Shown: in pieces, positions 8,975-19,689 of the stretch
How the letters are laid out: every line of letters starts with the position of its first letter
Numbering within the stretch: the stretch's first letter is position 1
Source: Candidatus Marinacidobacterales bacterium
Lineage (GTDB): Bacteria > Acidobacteriota > Vicinamibacteria > Marinacidobacterales > SMYC01
Assembly: GCA_965224085.1 (NCBI GenBank)
Contig: CBDCYI010000011.1
Span: 960,001 to 1,024,000, forward strand
DNA length: 64,000 nt
Direction of reading: 5' to 3'
Position numbers and translations under genes: made by a program
The notes under the pieces: generated by a model
Told to the model about the DNA's origin: nothing
Seen by the model: the letters and a program-made list of their open reading frames with translations, nothing else
The model's database searches: none

Positions 8975-10389
8975 TCCCCTCGATCGGACAGGGGCCCGTT
9001 CATCTTCTCGGGATCGGAGGCACCGCGATGGCCTCGTTGGCGGGTCTTCTGAACGAGAAAGGGATCGAGGTCACGGGGTCCGATCAGAACCTTTACCCTC
9101 CGATGTCGGACCTCCTCAAAAAACTGAAGATCGAAGCTCGGATGCCGTATCGCGCCGAGAACATCCCGCGCGAGGCGAAGCTCGTCGTCGTCGGCAACGC
9201 ATTGTCGCGCGGCAATGCCGAGATCGAAGCGGTTCTCCGCTCGGGAGTTCCGTATACGTCGATGGCGGAAGTTCTGAAGGAAGTCTTCCTGCGCGATCGG
9301 CTGCCGATCGTGGTCGCTGGAACACATGGGAAAACGACGACGAGCTCGCTCTTGGCCTGGCTTCTCACGAGCGCGGGACGTCAGCCGGGCTTTCTCGTGG
9401 GCGGGATCCCGCTCAACATGGGTTTGAGCTTTAGCGTCGGCGAGGGTGAAGCTTTCGTTGTGGAGGGAGACGAGTACGACACCGCTTATTTCGACAAAGG
9501 TCCCAAATTCATGCACTACCTTCCGCGCGTGGGGGTCCTCGGCAATGTGGAGTTCGACCATGCCGACATCTACCGCGACGTCGAGGATGTGGAGCGTGCG
9601 TTCCGGCTCTTTGTGAATCTCGTGCCGACGAACGGGCTCCTCGTCGTCGGACGCGAGAGCGAGCGCGCTGCCGCGATCGCCGACACCGCGCCTTGTCCCG
9701 TGACGAGCTTCGCCGTTTCAGGTGATGCGGACTGGACAGCGGAAGTTCGCTCCTCGGATGGCGACGGGAGCCGATTCCTCGTGCGGCACGGGCGCGGCAA
9801 AGCACTGGATGTGCGCGGTTATTTCTGGGGAGCTGCGGCACTCAGGAACGTGCTGGCCACGATTGCCGTGGCCGACCATCTCGACCTGAGCGCAGGCGAG
9901 ATCCAGACGGCGCTTTCCAGTTTCCAAGGCGTCAAAAGACGGGTCGAGATTGTTGGTGAGGAGCGCGGCGTTACCGTCGTCGATGATTTCGCGCATCATC
10001 CCACGGCCGTGAGAGAGACACTCTCTGGGTCGCGCCGGCGTTTTGCCGAGAGAAAAATCTGGGCCATCTTCGAGCCTCGCTCGTTCACTGCACGCAGCAA
10101 CGTGTTTCAAACCGAGTTGGCCGAGGCTCTCGGTCTCGCCGACGCCGTCATCGTCTCGGAGGTTTATAAGAGCGCGGGTCTTCCGAAGAAGCAAGAGCTA
10201 TCGGAAGAACAGTTGATTGCGGATCTGCGCGCAGAAGGCGTCAACGCGCACTTCGAGGCGGACGCCGATTCGATCGTAGGTCACTTGAGCCAGGAATGTG
10301 TCGATGGCGACGTCGTGATCGTCATGTCGAACGGAGGCTTCGGCGGGCTCAAGGAGAAGCTTCTGCGTGCGCTCAGCGGAGAAGAGTAA
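8971..10389 (+). CDS. mpl: Murein tripeptide ligase Mpl (MurC family)
   Basis: HLLGIGGTAM, YPPMS, AGTHGKTTT, EGDEYDTAYFDK, EFDHADI, DDFAHHPTA, MSNGGFGG. Confidence 0.9.
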   Translation: MIPSIGQGPVHLLGIGGTAMASLAGLLNEKGIEVTGSDQNLYPPMSDLLKKLKIEARMPYRAENIPREAKLVVVGNALSRGNAEIEAVLRSGVPYTSMAEVLKEVFLRDRLPIVVAGTHGKTTTSSLLAWLLTSAGRQPGFLVGGIPLNMGLSFSVGEGEAFVVEGDEYDTAYFDKGPKFMHYLPRVGVLGNVEFDHADIYRDVEDVERAFRLFVNLVPTNGLLVVGRESERAAAIADTAPCPVTSFAVSGDADWTAEVRSSDGDGSRFLVRHGRGKALDVRGYFWGAAALRNVLATIAVADHLDLSAGEIQTALSSFQGVKRRVEIVGEERGVTVVDDFAHHPTAVRETLSGSRRRFAERKIWAIFEPRSFTARSNVFQTELAEALGLADAVIVSEVYKSAGLPKKQELSEEQLIADLRAEGVNAHFEADADSIVGHLSQECVDGDVVIVMSNGGFGGLKEKLLRALSGEE

Positions 10390-10471
10390 GAGGACGGGAG
10401 CGTTCAGTTTGCACTCTCCTAGCCTCTAACCAGTCAGAACCGTGGGTTTTCACGTTTACAGTAGGAAAATA

Positions 10472-11962
10472 TCACCGCAAAGGCGATTCTGGCGATTTAG
10501 ATTTAGAGGCTAGCTCGTGCTCCGCGACGGCGGTCGGTTGCCCGGAGCCATCGACGGGCAAGTAGAAACGCACCTGGGTGCCGACCCCCTCCTCGCTTTC
10601 GACGGTGATCTGTCCGCCGTGGTCTTCCACGAACTTCTGAGCGATGAGCATCCCGAGACCGATGCCCTCCGATTTCCCGTAGGAGAAGAACGGCTCGAAG
10701 ATGCGATGCTGCACTTCCTCGGGAATCCCGCTTCCGTCATCTTCGACCGACAAACATACGCGGTTGCCAAAGGACTCCGAGCGCAGGATCAACTCGCCGC
10801 CATCGGACATCGCTTGGCACGCGTTGATGGCAACATTCCACAGCGCGCGGTCCAGTCTCTTCTTATCGACGAAGATTTCTCCCGAATAGCCGAGCTCGAG
10901 CTCGACGCGAATATGGCGCTCCGCAAACTGAGTGTGCAATCTTGCCGCGAGAGCTCCGAGATACGGAGCCGGGCGAAACCATTCGAGAGAGAGGTCGAAA
11001 TGACCGCCGCGCGTGAACTCGAGCAGCTCGTCGACCATGTGATTCAAGCGATCGCATTCCTCGACCACGCTATGCCCATAGGCGCTGCGCTCTCGCTTGC
11101 TGAGCTCGAGATTCGTCAACATTCCGGCATAGCCGCGAAGCGCCGTCAGAGGACTGCGAAAATCGTGAACAATGGAGCCGATCATACGACCGACGGCCGA
11201 GAGCCGCTCGAACTGGATGCGCTCCTGCGTCAGGTGAATATTGCGAAGCGCGGTCGCGGTTTGAAGAGTCAAGATCGAGAGAAGCTTCTGTCCCTCGGGG
11301 CCGAATCCGTCTCCGGTGCGCAGGACAAGAAGCCCGAGAAGCTCCGCCTGATAGGCAATCGGTAGAAAAAGCCGGCTCCCGTGCTCGAAAGCGGTCGGGA
11401 CTTCGTCGTGGCCTCGTGAAACGCGCGCGAGCATCGCGCGACGCTCGTCACGTCCCATATGCCCCGGGCCGGGTTGGTCCGGGTGCCATAGGGCACGGGA
11501 GTGAATGGCGTCACAACCCTTATAAAGCACTTCCACCGTGCGGACTTTGGCGAGCTGCTCCGCGGCCCCCTGCGTCTTTCGAAGGATGGCCTGGATGTCG
11601 AAGCTACCGGCGAGGGCGACACCGACGTCGCTGAGCGATTCGAGGAGCTGGTTACGTGCCCTCAGCCCTTCCAGCTCGAAGCGCCCGAGGATGTCGCGCA
11701 CCATCGGCCTCAGCGTTTCGGGGGCGCGGTTCTCGGCATCGGGCAAACGATAGACCATGACAGGGAGCTCCGCGTCAAAAGAGCCCTCCATCAATGCGCC
11801 TACGAGCTCGGTGCCGGACTCGAGAGCCCGTTCGATCCACTCCCGCGCTTCGTCGACCGAGTCGAAGCACTCGAGGGAATAGGCGTCGTCCGGTTCTGGA
11901 CGGAGCATCGCCTCGAGCTCTGGATGCGCTTGTGAGACGTAGACGATGGTGGGCTTGTTCAT
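10472..11962 (-). CDS. Cytoplasmic GAF-HisKA-HATPase sensor histidine kinase with degenerate REC-like N-terminus
   Basis: H box VHDFRSPL, N box NVAINACQA, DDGSGI and GIGLG; GAF-like region ending TATALRN. Confidence 0.88.
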   Translation of the reverse strand: MNKPTIVYVSQAHPELEAMLRPEPDDAYSLECFDSVDEAREWIERALESGTELVGALMEGSFDAELPVMVYRLPDAENRAPETLRPMVRDILGRFELEGLRARNQLLESLSDVGVALAGSFDIQAILRKTQGAAEQLAKVRTVEVLYKGCDAIHSRALWHPDQPGPGHMGRDERRAMLARVSRGHDEVPTAFEHGSRLFLPIAYQAELLGLLVLRTGDGFGPEGQKLLSILTLQTATALRNIHLTQERIQFERLSAVGRMIGSIVHDFRSPLTALRGYAGMLTNLELSKRERSAYGHSVVEECDRLNHMVDELLEFTRGGHFDLSLEWFRPAPYLGALAARLHTQFAERHIRVELELGYSGEIFVDKKRLDRALWNVAINACQAMSDGGELILRSESFGNRVCLSVEDDGSGIPEEVQHRIFEPFFSYGKSEGIGLGMLIAQKFVEDHGGQITVESEEGVGTQVRFYLPVDGSGQPTAVAEHELASKSKSPESPLR

Positions 11963-12160
11963 GAGTCCGATTTGGGGGCACTCTTGTGGTGCTACGACCA
12001 GCTTTTCAAAAGTCAGACGCTAACAACGATGTATGAAGAGGCCATCATTATACACGATCGGGCGCTCGACGGTCCACGCTGGCTCGGAAACGTGTTAAAA
12101 TGGATCCCGGTAACTGATTGACCACATTGAAATAACTGCTGGAAGGACGGGCGGAGCGGA

Positions 12161-13548
12161 TTGTCCCGGCGAAATGAGTTTTTGCTTGGCCAGATGTCCG
12201 ACTGGGTCGACCGGCTCGAAGAGACCGGGCGCACGGAGTTTCTTTTCGAGCTCGAGATGTGGCTTCGGAGCTTCGAAAGATACTTCCGCACCCGCAATCA
12301 ACCCCTTTCGGAAGATTCGAGCCGCACACTCGCTATCCGTAGTTTCTATGACGAGATCGGGCTCGTGTCCCATGCGATCGAACGCGTCACGAAAATCTGC
12401 CCGCTCCTATCGAGCGAAGATCAAGTCAGCCATGAACGTTTCGAGAAATATGTCGAGAACTTTCTCAAAGCGGATGACATTGCTGATCCTTATGTAGCGC
12501 GACTTCTGCGACAGAACAGCCCTCAGTCCGGTCTGACACTTCTCCGAGAGAGCTTCGAGGATCTCCTGCTTTTGCTCACCGAGCTCTCGAAGCTCTCGCG
12601 AATCCCTTACTCAACGTTTCAGGCCATCGGACGCCTCATCTATCGCGAGACTCGCAGGAACGACTATCTCAGTCTGTTGATGGATCGCCGTTTCATCCCT
12701 GTCTATGACCGCATTACTGCCGAGCCGATCACGCAACTGATGCAGCACATCGACGATCGGGAGCGTCGCCGCGTCGTGGCCGCTACTTTCCTGCAGTTCT
12801 TCCGCCAGCTTCACTACCTCGAATATGCCGACCCGCGTCGGCGGCACTTGGAGGAGCTCCGTACAAGCGTCTTGATTTTTTCACTTGTCGCTTCGGAGAC
12901 GCGGGCGCTCGTCGACTACATACAGTTGGCGCAAGTGCGCTTGGGGAGGGAGTCCGGCTTTCCCGAATCTTTCGAGAGTTTCATCTACTGTGTGCATCTG
13001 GAGCTTCGGAAGGTGATCCGAACCGAGCTCACCGAGCTGACGTCTTTCAAACAAGCCGACGCTGTGTACATGAAGATCGAGAACTCGCACGGGATTTTGC
13101 GGGACTGCTTTCAGCAAAGCGTGATCCAGCTCGCGCGAGGATTCGACCCGGACATCGACGGCCACCAGATTTTCCCCAATACCGGACCCATCTCGATCAA
13201 TCGCAAATGTTGAGGCACGATCTAATCACGCTCACGCTCTCAGTGCACAAGTTCGGCCAAGAGCCGAGCGAGGAAGGCGCCGACGCTCTGAAACGTCTAA
13301 TCTCGCGCTTTTGCGACCGTTCTCTCCGTTTTCTCATGTATCGCGATTGGTCCAGTTTCGATTCCTTCGCCACCGAGTTCCTAAAATGCGACAGCGTTCC
13401 CGGTATGCTCCAACTAGCCCATCGATTCGAAACCTACTTGAAGACTCTAGTGCGTGAAGTCAACGAGCGATCCGTTCTAAGCGGAACCGCGGACGAAGGC
13501 GGCGCGGAGGACGAAACCTCCAACGAAAACCGCGTCAAACTAATTTAG
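12161..13548 (+). CDS. Conserved-looking alpha-helical hypothetical protein, split by a frameshift near 13200
   Basis: Overlapping ORFs 12161-13213 and 13207-13548 have the same coding style; no motif recognised. Confidence 0.65.
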
Positions 13549-13737
13549 CAAAAGGATTGATCAGAGTGGACAGAGAAGATTCTCGCCGCTTAAGTTTTAG
13601 TCACCGCTTGGATTGGATGGTTTCCTGCAGTGAGAAGGTCTCGCTGGCGCGAACGCACAAGTAGCTATTTTCATTTTTTTCTTTTTTTCCGTTACCCTTC
13701 TAACAACTCCGCTTGCTCTTCGCGTTGTCTATGAGGA

Positions 13738-14835
13738 CTATTGGGAGCTCGAGGCGGGTCTGGGCTCGAGCGTATCGGCCTCGGAGATGCTGGCTTTCAA
13801 CGCTTCGATAACTTTCGGATCGAACTGGGTGCCTGTATGGGCTTCCATCTCTCTCAACGCCATCTCGTAGGGCAGGGGAGACTTGTAGGAGCTCGTGCTT
13901 GTGATGACGTCGAAGGCCTCGCATACGCCGACGATGCGAGCGCCGAGCGGGATGGCCTTTCCCTCGAGCTTATTTGGATAGCCACGTCCGTCCCAACGCT
14001 CGTGGTGGTGGAGGATCACCGGGGCGAGTTGTTTCCAGAAGATGATGTCTTTGATCATCTCGTATCCCAGGATTGGATGGAGCTCGATGCGCTCGCGCGT
14101 CCATTCTGCGTTCGTGTCGAGCTTGAGGAGGCCGATATCGTGCAGGAGCCCCGCGAAATAGAGCTCTCGTTGCTCTGCTTCCGACAGGCCGAGACCCGTC
14201 GCCACGAGACGGGCATAGCGGGCCACTCGGCGCGCGTGGCCTTCCTTGATCGGAACGTGGGTGTCCATGGCGCCGATGAGGATCTCCCTTACGTGGGTGA
14301 AGTAGTTGTTCTGGGCGTCCTGAAGGCGCACGTGCTCGATCGATATCGCCGCCTGGTCAGCGAGGCTGAACAGAAGAGTTTGATCCTCTTCGTCGAACTT
14401 GCCGTCGTCCTTCTTGTTGAGAAGCTCGAGCACACCAATGACGCGTCCTTCAAAAGTCAGGGGCACGCACAGAATGGAACGTGTCTCGAACCCACTCTCC
14501 CGGTCGACGCCCCCCTCGAAACGCGGATCCTTGGCGACGTCGTTCACGATCGCGGGCTCGCCGATACTGGCCGTCCAGCCAGCGACCCCTTGACCGGGCT
14601 CCAGGCTCATCGGCTTGACCGCCCGGGCAGCGCGGCCGGAGGCCGAGTGAAAGCGAAGCTTGCCCTCGTCGTCATAGAGCAGAATAGAGCTCGCCTCCGC
14701 TCCAACGGTCTCAGCGGCCGTCTCGACAATGGTAGACAACAATATGTCGAGATGAATGATGCCGCGATACGCTTTGGTGACCTCGAGGACCGCGGTAAGT
14801 TTCTTGACGTACTCTGCGGGATCGCTCAGTTTCAT
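13738..14835 (-). CDS. GAF plus HD-GYP cyclic-dinucleotide phosphodiesterase
   Basis: GAF (GVAGW..NDV..DPRF..SILCVPL..NKK..F), LLHDIG and HHERWDGRGYP. Confidence 0.9.
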   Translation of the reverse strand: MKLSDPAEYVKKLTAVLEVTKAYRGIIHLDILLSTIVETAAETVGAEASSILLYDDEGKLRFHSASGRAARAVKPMSLEPGQGVAGWTASIGEPAIVNDVAKDPRFEGGVDRESGFETRSILCVPLTFEGRVIGVLELLNKKDDGKFDEEDQTLLFSLADQAAISIEHVRLQDAQNNYFTHVREILIGAMDTHVPIKEGHARRVARYARLVATGLGLSEAEQRELYFAGLLHDIGLLKLDTNAEWTRERIELHPILGYEMIKDIIFWKQLAPVILHHHERWDGRGYPNKLEGKAIPLGARIVGVCEAFDVITSTSSYKSPLPYEMALREMEAHTGTQFDPKVIEALKASISEADTLEPRPASSSQ

Positions 14836-14957
14836 TTAAATACCGGATTACTGAGACGGAGCAGAGCGACAGCGTCGCCCAATTTGCGGGTCAGAATAGC
14901 ATGCGTCACGAGGAAGCGTCAATCGATCGCGCGTGTTCGTCTCACTTTCCCCCAAAG

Positions 14958-14987
14958 TTGACAGACTTGAATGGGCCATGCTATCTT
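14958..14987 (+). promoter_or_regulatory. Putative sigma70 promoter of the cNMP-FHA gene
   Basis: TTGACA-18 nt-TATCTT with an extended TG. Confidence 0.55.
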
Positions 14988-15030
14988 GCTGTAGTACAAG
15001 GACGTAGCCCATCTAACCACTCGAGCAAGT

Positions 15031-15825
15031 ATGGCTGGCAAAGAAAATCCGTTTGCCAAATTCCTGACGCGTTTCTCGAAAGGCGACTTCGTATTTCGCC
15101 AGGGTGAGGAAGGCGACGAGATGTTCATCGTGCAATCGGGACAGGTCGCCATCCGCAAGACGATTGCCGGCAAGCGCAAGACGGTCAACGTTCTCGAAAA
15201 AGGAGACTTTTTCGGCGAAATGTCGGTTCTCGAGCGCCTCCCAAGGACAGCCGACGCCGAGGTCCTCGAAGATACCGGCGTCATCTCGATTAATAGCGCG
15301 ACGTTCGGCGAGATGATCCGCTCCAATCCCGAAATCGCGGTCCGTATGTTGAGGAAGTACTCGATGCGGATGCGGGAATATTCCGATCAGCTCGAAAAAC
15401 TAATGGCCGAGCCAGCGGCCGCGTCGAGTTCGGATCAAGAGCTTCCCGACGTCGACGAGCCGATGCAGGCCCGCGAAGGCACGGTCCCGTCGACGGGAAC
15501 AGCGGCCGCCTATTTCGTTGCCAAAGAAAGCGGAAAGATCTATCCGATCTTTAAGGACGAAGTGCTCATCGGCCGTTACGACTCGGTCACGGGCCATCGA
15601 CCCGAGATCGACTTGACGGACGAAGACAACAACCGCAACGTCAGCCGCCGCCACGCGCGCCTTCTGTTCAAGGACGATACCTATTATGTCGCCGAAGAAA
15701 TCGGAACGATGAACGGGACGTATATCAACGGTGACCGTATTCCGACTGGAGTCCTCACACCGGTGAAGGACGGCGACGAAGTCACCCTTTGCCGCGTACC
15801 CGTCATATTCAAGACCGCTGAGTAG
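15031..15825 (+). CDS. Cyclic nucleotide-binding domain plus FHA domain protein
   Basis: FRQGEEG..GDFFGEMS..PRTA (cNMP); IGR..VSRRHA..GTMNGTYING (FHA). Confidence 0.9.
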   Translation: MAGKENPFAKFLTRFSKGDFVFRQGEEGDEMFIVQSGQVAIRKTIAGKRKTVNVLEKGDFFGEMSVLERLPRTADAEVLEDTGVISINSATFGEMIRSNPEIAVRMLRKYSMRMREYSDQLEKLMAEPAAASSSDQELPDVDEPMQAREGTVPSTGTAAAYFVAKESGKIYPIFKDEVLIGRYDSVTGHRPEIDLTDEDNNRNVSRRHARLLFKDDTYYVAEEIGTMNGTYINGDRIPTGVLTPVKDGDEVTLCRVPVIFKTAE

Positions 15826-15831
15826 CGCGGC

Positions 15832-17580
15832 TCAGTTTCCTGGATCCCGGTTCGGCCCTTGCGGGCGTCTTTCTCCCTCGATGGGCTCACGGCGTGGCGC
15901 GGGTTGGGGCTCGAAGAGGACGCCGGCGCCGCTGATGCCGTCGATCACGTGAGGGAGGAGATCCTCGATCGAGACATCTGTGCGGCGGATGATACGAGGC
16001 GTCAGCGTCAATACGATATCGGATTCCTCGATCTCCTTTTTGTTGGCCGAGAAGAGCTTGCCGATCAAGGGAACGCTTGCGAGGCCCGGAGTTCCCGTGA
16101 GGCTCGTCCGTTCTACGTCGTTGATGAGGCCTGCGAGGAGACTCGTCTCGCCGTCGCCGAGGCGCAGCACGGTGTTCACCGAACGGTTGCCGAATTTGGG
16201 CAAGCCGCCGAAGCCGGTTCCGGAGATCGTGCTCAACCGCACTTCGAGCGCGATGCTCACCTGATTGTCGTGATGGACGCGAGGCGTGATGAAAATGTTC
16301 ACGCCGATATTCTCGTATTGGAAGGTGGTGACGGGTTGTTGAGCCACGCCTCCCGCAGCGATCGGCGTAAAGGTGGTGATAGGCACCGGGACCCGCTCGC
16401 CGAACTCGGCTTGCGCCGTTTCGCCGTCCACAGCTCTCAGTTGAGGGTTGGCGAGAACGCGCGTGTCGCTATCGGCACGCAGCAAAGTCACGACGGCGCC
16501 GGGTAGACCCGTGGTGAAGAGATTGCTCGCGCTATAGGGGCTCTCGTTCGCGGTTCCATTCTCTGGAAAAATGCCGGCGCGGATTCCGCCGTCTTCGGCA
16601 GCCGAGCGAAACTGAATGCCGTACTCGTCCATCCGTGTCCTATCGACTTCGAGCACTTCGATCTCGACGATGACTTCGCTCCGGCTCTTGTCAATGGAAT
16701 TGATGATGGTCTCAGCCGCGTGGACGCGCTCCGGAGTGTCGACGATCGTGAGCGCGTTGTTGGCTGTGTGCGGTGCGATCCGTCTCGCCCCAAGGACGAT
16801 CCGCAGTAGATCGATGGTCTCCTTCAAATCGGCGCTCGAGAGATAGAACGTTCGCGCGACCTGTTGCTCATATTCCCGGCGCTTCGCCTGTGTGTCCGGA
16901 ATGATCGTGATTAAGTCGCCGCGCTCTGCACGGTAGAAGTTCCCCGTCGTCGTGCAGAGGGAGCGGAAGGCTTGCTCGAAGGTCGCATCCTCGAGATCGA
17001 TCGACACCTTCTCGTCGCGAAAGTCGCTGTCGAAAGCGACGTTGATGCCCGCCAAGGTCCCGAGCGATAGCAGCACGTCGCGAAGACTCGCGTCGCGAAA
17101 TACGAAGGCCGCGGGTGCTATGGCGCCAGGGGCGAGATCCAGGCTTCCAAAGGGGGCATCTCGAATCTGGCGCTTCAGCGCGGAAAGCGATCGCCGCTCG
17201 GCCTCTTCCCCTTGCTCGGCGATCGTGTCCTCGAGCTCGCGCAACTGCACGGCGAGCTGTTGGTCGGTCGGATTCAACGTGAGCGCTATCTCGAGCTCTT
17301 CTTCGGCGCCTCGAAGATCCCCGAGCGTCATCCGGCGGACGCCTTGGAGCGCGTGGGCTTGTGAAGCGCGCAGCTTGGCGCGCTCGAGATCCTGCGCGAT
17401 GTGACGCTCGTCCGGCTTTTCTGCGAGCGCTTGAGTATAGAGCGCTACCGCCTGATCATAGCGCCCCGCCTTTTCGGCGATCTCCGCGTCCTTCACGTAA
17501 GTCGAGCCAGCGCAACCGGACAGCAAAAAAAGCGCGAGCGCGAGAGCTGGGGATCTCCGCGTATGCATAACGGACCTCAT
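15832..17580 (-). CDS. TPR-containing lipoprotein secretin (GspD/PilQ superfamily)
   Basis: Lipobox LLSGC, TPR helices and secretin motifs (VLANPQLR, LGDGETSLLAGL, PGLASVPLIGKLF, LTPRII). Confidence 0.88.
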   Translation of the reverse strand: MRSVMHTRRSPALALALFLLSGCAGSTYVKDAEIAEKAGRYDQAVALYTQALAEKPDERHIAQDLERAKLRASQAHALQGVRRMTLGDLRGAEEELEIALTLNPTDQQLAVQLRELEDTIAEQGEEAERRSLSALKRQIRDAPFGSLDLAPGAIAPAAFVFRDASLRDVLLSLGTLAGINVAFDSDFRDEKVSIDLEDATFEQAFRSLCTTTGNFYRAERGDLITIIPDTQAKRREYEQQVARTFYLSSADLKETIDLLRIVLGARRIAPHTANNALTIVDTPERVHAAETIINSIDKSRSEVIVEIEVLEVDRTRMDEYGIQFRSAAEDGGIRAGIFPENGTANESPYSASNLFTTGLPGAVVTLLRADSDTRVLANPQLRAVDGETAQAEFGERVPVPITTFTPIAAGGVAQQPVTTFQYENIGVNIFITPRVHHDNQVSIALEVRLSTISGTGFGGLPKFGNRSVNTVLRLGDGETSLLAGLINDVERTSLTGTPGLASVPLIGKLFSANKKEIEESDIVLTLTPRIIRRTDVSIEDLLPHVIDGISGAGVLFEPQPAPRREPIEGERRPQGPNRDPGN

Positions 17581-17583
17581 AAC

Positions 17584-18252
17584 CTAGGATTGCGGAACGA
17601 CGCCGGGCTCGTCCGATTGGACGACGACTTCGACGCCTGATGGGATAGTGAAGCGAAACAAGGATTCTGGAAGGTCGATGTCGCGACGGACGTTTTCGAA
17701 CGAGAACTCCGTGTGATTACGTTGGGCGTCGATGAGAACGACCCGTAAGAGCTCGCCGGTCTCGGGAGAGACTTCGATCTCGACATCCTCGAACCCTTCG
17801 TGATGTTTCGTGGGTATCAAATGGAGCATGACACCGCCTTGTCGCGGCTCCTGCTTCGACGCGAAGAACGCGAAGCTGTCGGTCATGCGGCTCGTGCCAG
17901 CGAGAAGCTCGAACGGCGAGCCTTCGCCCATTCCCATGGCTCCTCGAGGATGGTGGCTGACCATGACCTGCTTTTCCATGGGGAGGTAGAAATAGCTGCG
18001 GCTGCCGTCCGTGACGAAGAGCTTCTCTTCGGGCGTCTGATACTCCCACCGCATTCGGCCGGGTTTTTTGACGATGACGCGCCCGCTTTCCTCGATGGTT
18101 CTCCGCAAAACCCGTCTCTCGTAGCGCTGGATAAAATCCGCCGCGAAGCCATCGAACGCGTCGTAATGCTCCTGGACCTTCGTAACGAGTGCTTGGAGCT
18201 CGGCGTCTTGGACGGCCGGAAGCGTAGTAAGAGCGACGAGCAGCGCGAACAT
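17584..18252 (-). CDS. lolA: Outer-membrane lipoprotein carrier LolA family
   Basis: ADFIQ..KKPGRMRWEY..VTDG..FRFTIPSGV. Confidence 0.88.
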   Translation of the reverse strand: MFALLVALTTLPAVQDAELQALVTKVQEHYDAFDGFAADFIQRYERRVLRRTIEESGRVIVKKPGRMRWEYQTPEEKLFVTDGSRSYFYLPMEKQVMVSHHPRGAMGMGEGSPFELLAGTSRMTDSFAFFASKQEPRQGGVMLHLIPTKHHEGFEDVEIEVSPETGELLRVVLIDAQRNHTEFSFENVRRDIDLPESLFRFTIPSGVEVVVQSDEPGVVPQS

Positions 18253-18425
18253 AGCCCTATTGTACGGCTGTAGTCAGCAAGAAGACCAGTCTTGCCATGG
18301 CAGAACTCGTTTTTGGCTTCATTGTGGTGACCTCACGTTTCTTGCCGTGACTCTACGGCAAGTCAGGCCAAGCACAACTCGCCGGGCTCATCTATAATCC
18401 GCTGAAGCTCGAGAGACCGGAATTC

Positions 18426-19600
18426 ATGAAATCGCTGTTCTTCAAGCTGTTGCTCGCTGTCGCGTCGGTCGCCATCACCCTGCTCGCAATGGAAGGCGTG
18501 GCGCGGGTGGAGCGCATGTTTCGAGGGGCGGGGAAGGAAGCCGCGGAGGTCACGCGATACCACGAATTCGATCCGGTGCTCGGCTGGAGGCACACACCCA
18601 ACACCCGCGTCACCTATCGGCGTCGTGAATACACAGTCGAGGTGGCGATCAATTCGCTCGGGTTGCGCGATCCGAACCGGGGGTATGCAGTGCCTGCCGG
18701 CACTACGCGGATTCTGGCGCTCGGTGATTCGTTCCTCGAAGCCTATACGGTGCCGATCGAGCGAACGGTGACCCAGGTGCTAGAAACTACGCTGAACCGG
18801 TAAGGCACATGTCCGGTGGAAGTGATCAACGGAGGCACTGCCGGATACAGCACCGATCAAGAGTTTCTTTTCTATCAGCGGGAAGGTGCGCGCTATTCGC
18901 CACAAATCGTGCTGCTCTTCGCTTTTTACAACGACATCTCCTACAACAGCCATCAATATTACTATCGCCGGGCCAAGCCAATTTTTCAGATCGGCGAGAA
19001 GGAGGGAGACCCGCCGCTGATCCTTCACCCGCCTCGAGCCCTGCCGGACCAGGAAGTGGTGACGGCGGAGGAAGGCGAGCCCACGGGCTCGGCGCTCCTG
19101 GCCTGGGCCGAGGAGCGCTTGCGCCAGGCTTCCCCCGCCACGCACACACGCTTGGCGTCACTCGGGTTGTGGGAGCCGATCCGTATTCGCGAGCCCCATG
19201 GCTCGCTTCGCGTTTTCGAGCGCGGCACGCTGGAGGGGATCGAGGAAGCTTGGTGGCGCACCGCCAAGATCCTCGAGGCGTTCGACAAAGAGGTTCGCGC
19301 CAACGGGTCGCGTCTCGTCATCGTGTACATTCCCAGCCGCATGGAAGTGCACGATGCTTCCTGGGAAGCAACGCGATTTCACTTCGGTCTCGGTCCAGGT
19401 TGGGACCGGCGTCTCGTGGTGGCGCGACTCACGCAAATTGACGCTGGACGTGCCGGTCCTGGACTTGACTCCCGATTTGCGTGAGGCGGATGGCCGGCTT
19501 CTGTCGAGCGCCTACTTGACTTTCGACGGTCACTGGACGCAGCTGGGGCACCGCGGCGCGGACAGTGGCCGACTACCTTCTAGAAAATCGCTGGCTCGCC
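18426..19600 (+). pseudogene. Membrane-anchored SGNH/GDSL hydrolase-like gene with an in-frame TAA (18801) and a frameshift near 19440
   Basis: INSLGLRD, LGDSF, EVINGG..GYSTDQE and NDI; the DGHW catalytic motif is in a shifted frame. 3' end approximate. Confidence 0.7.
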
Positions 19601-19689
19601 TGTTCGGAGCACGCCGCCGCGCTCGATCCCTAGGCGCGTCTCCAGGCCCCAATCTCGCCTTCCACGAGCCGAGACAATGTACGCACGAC

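Noticed and set aside
10390-10471. Possible IS605-type right-end remnant (ccgtgggttttcac) between convergent genes
   Set aside because: The match is too short and has no convincing hairpin or partner end.
13741-14961. 406-aa plus-strand ORF, and many similar long shadow ORFs (e.g. 1588-2649, 20377-21408, 24262-25320, 45477-46475)
   Set aside because: They are antisense or off-frame to genes with clear motifs, which is expected in GC-rich DNA, and carry no recognisable domains.
18801-18803. In-frame stop in the SGNH gene as recoding
   Set aside because: It is TAA, not at a Cys position, has no SECIS-like stem, and the gene has further lesions.
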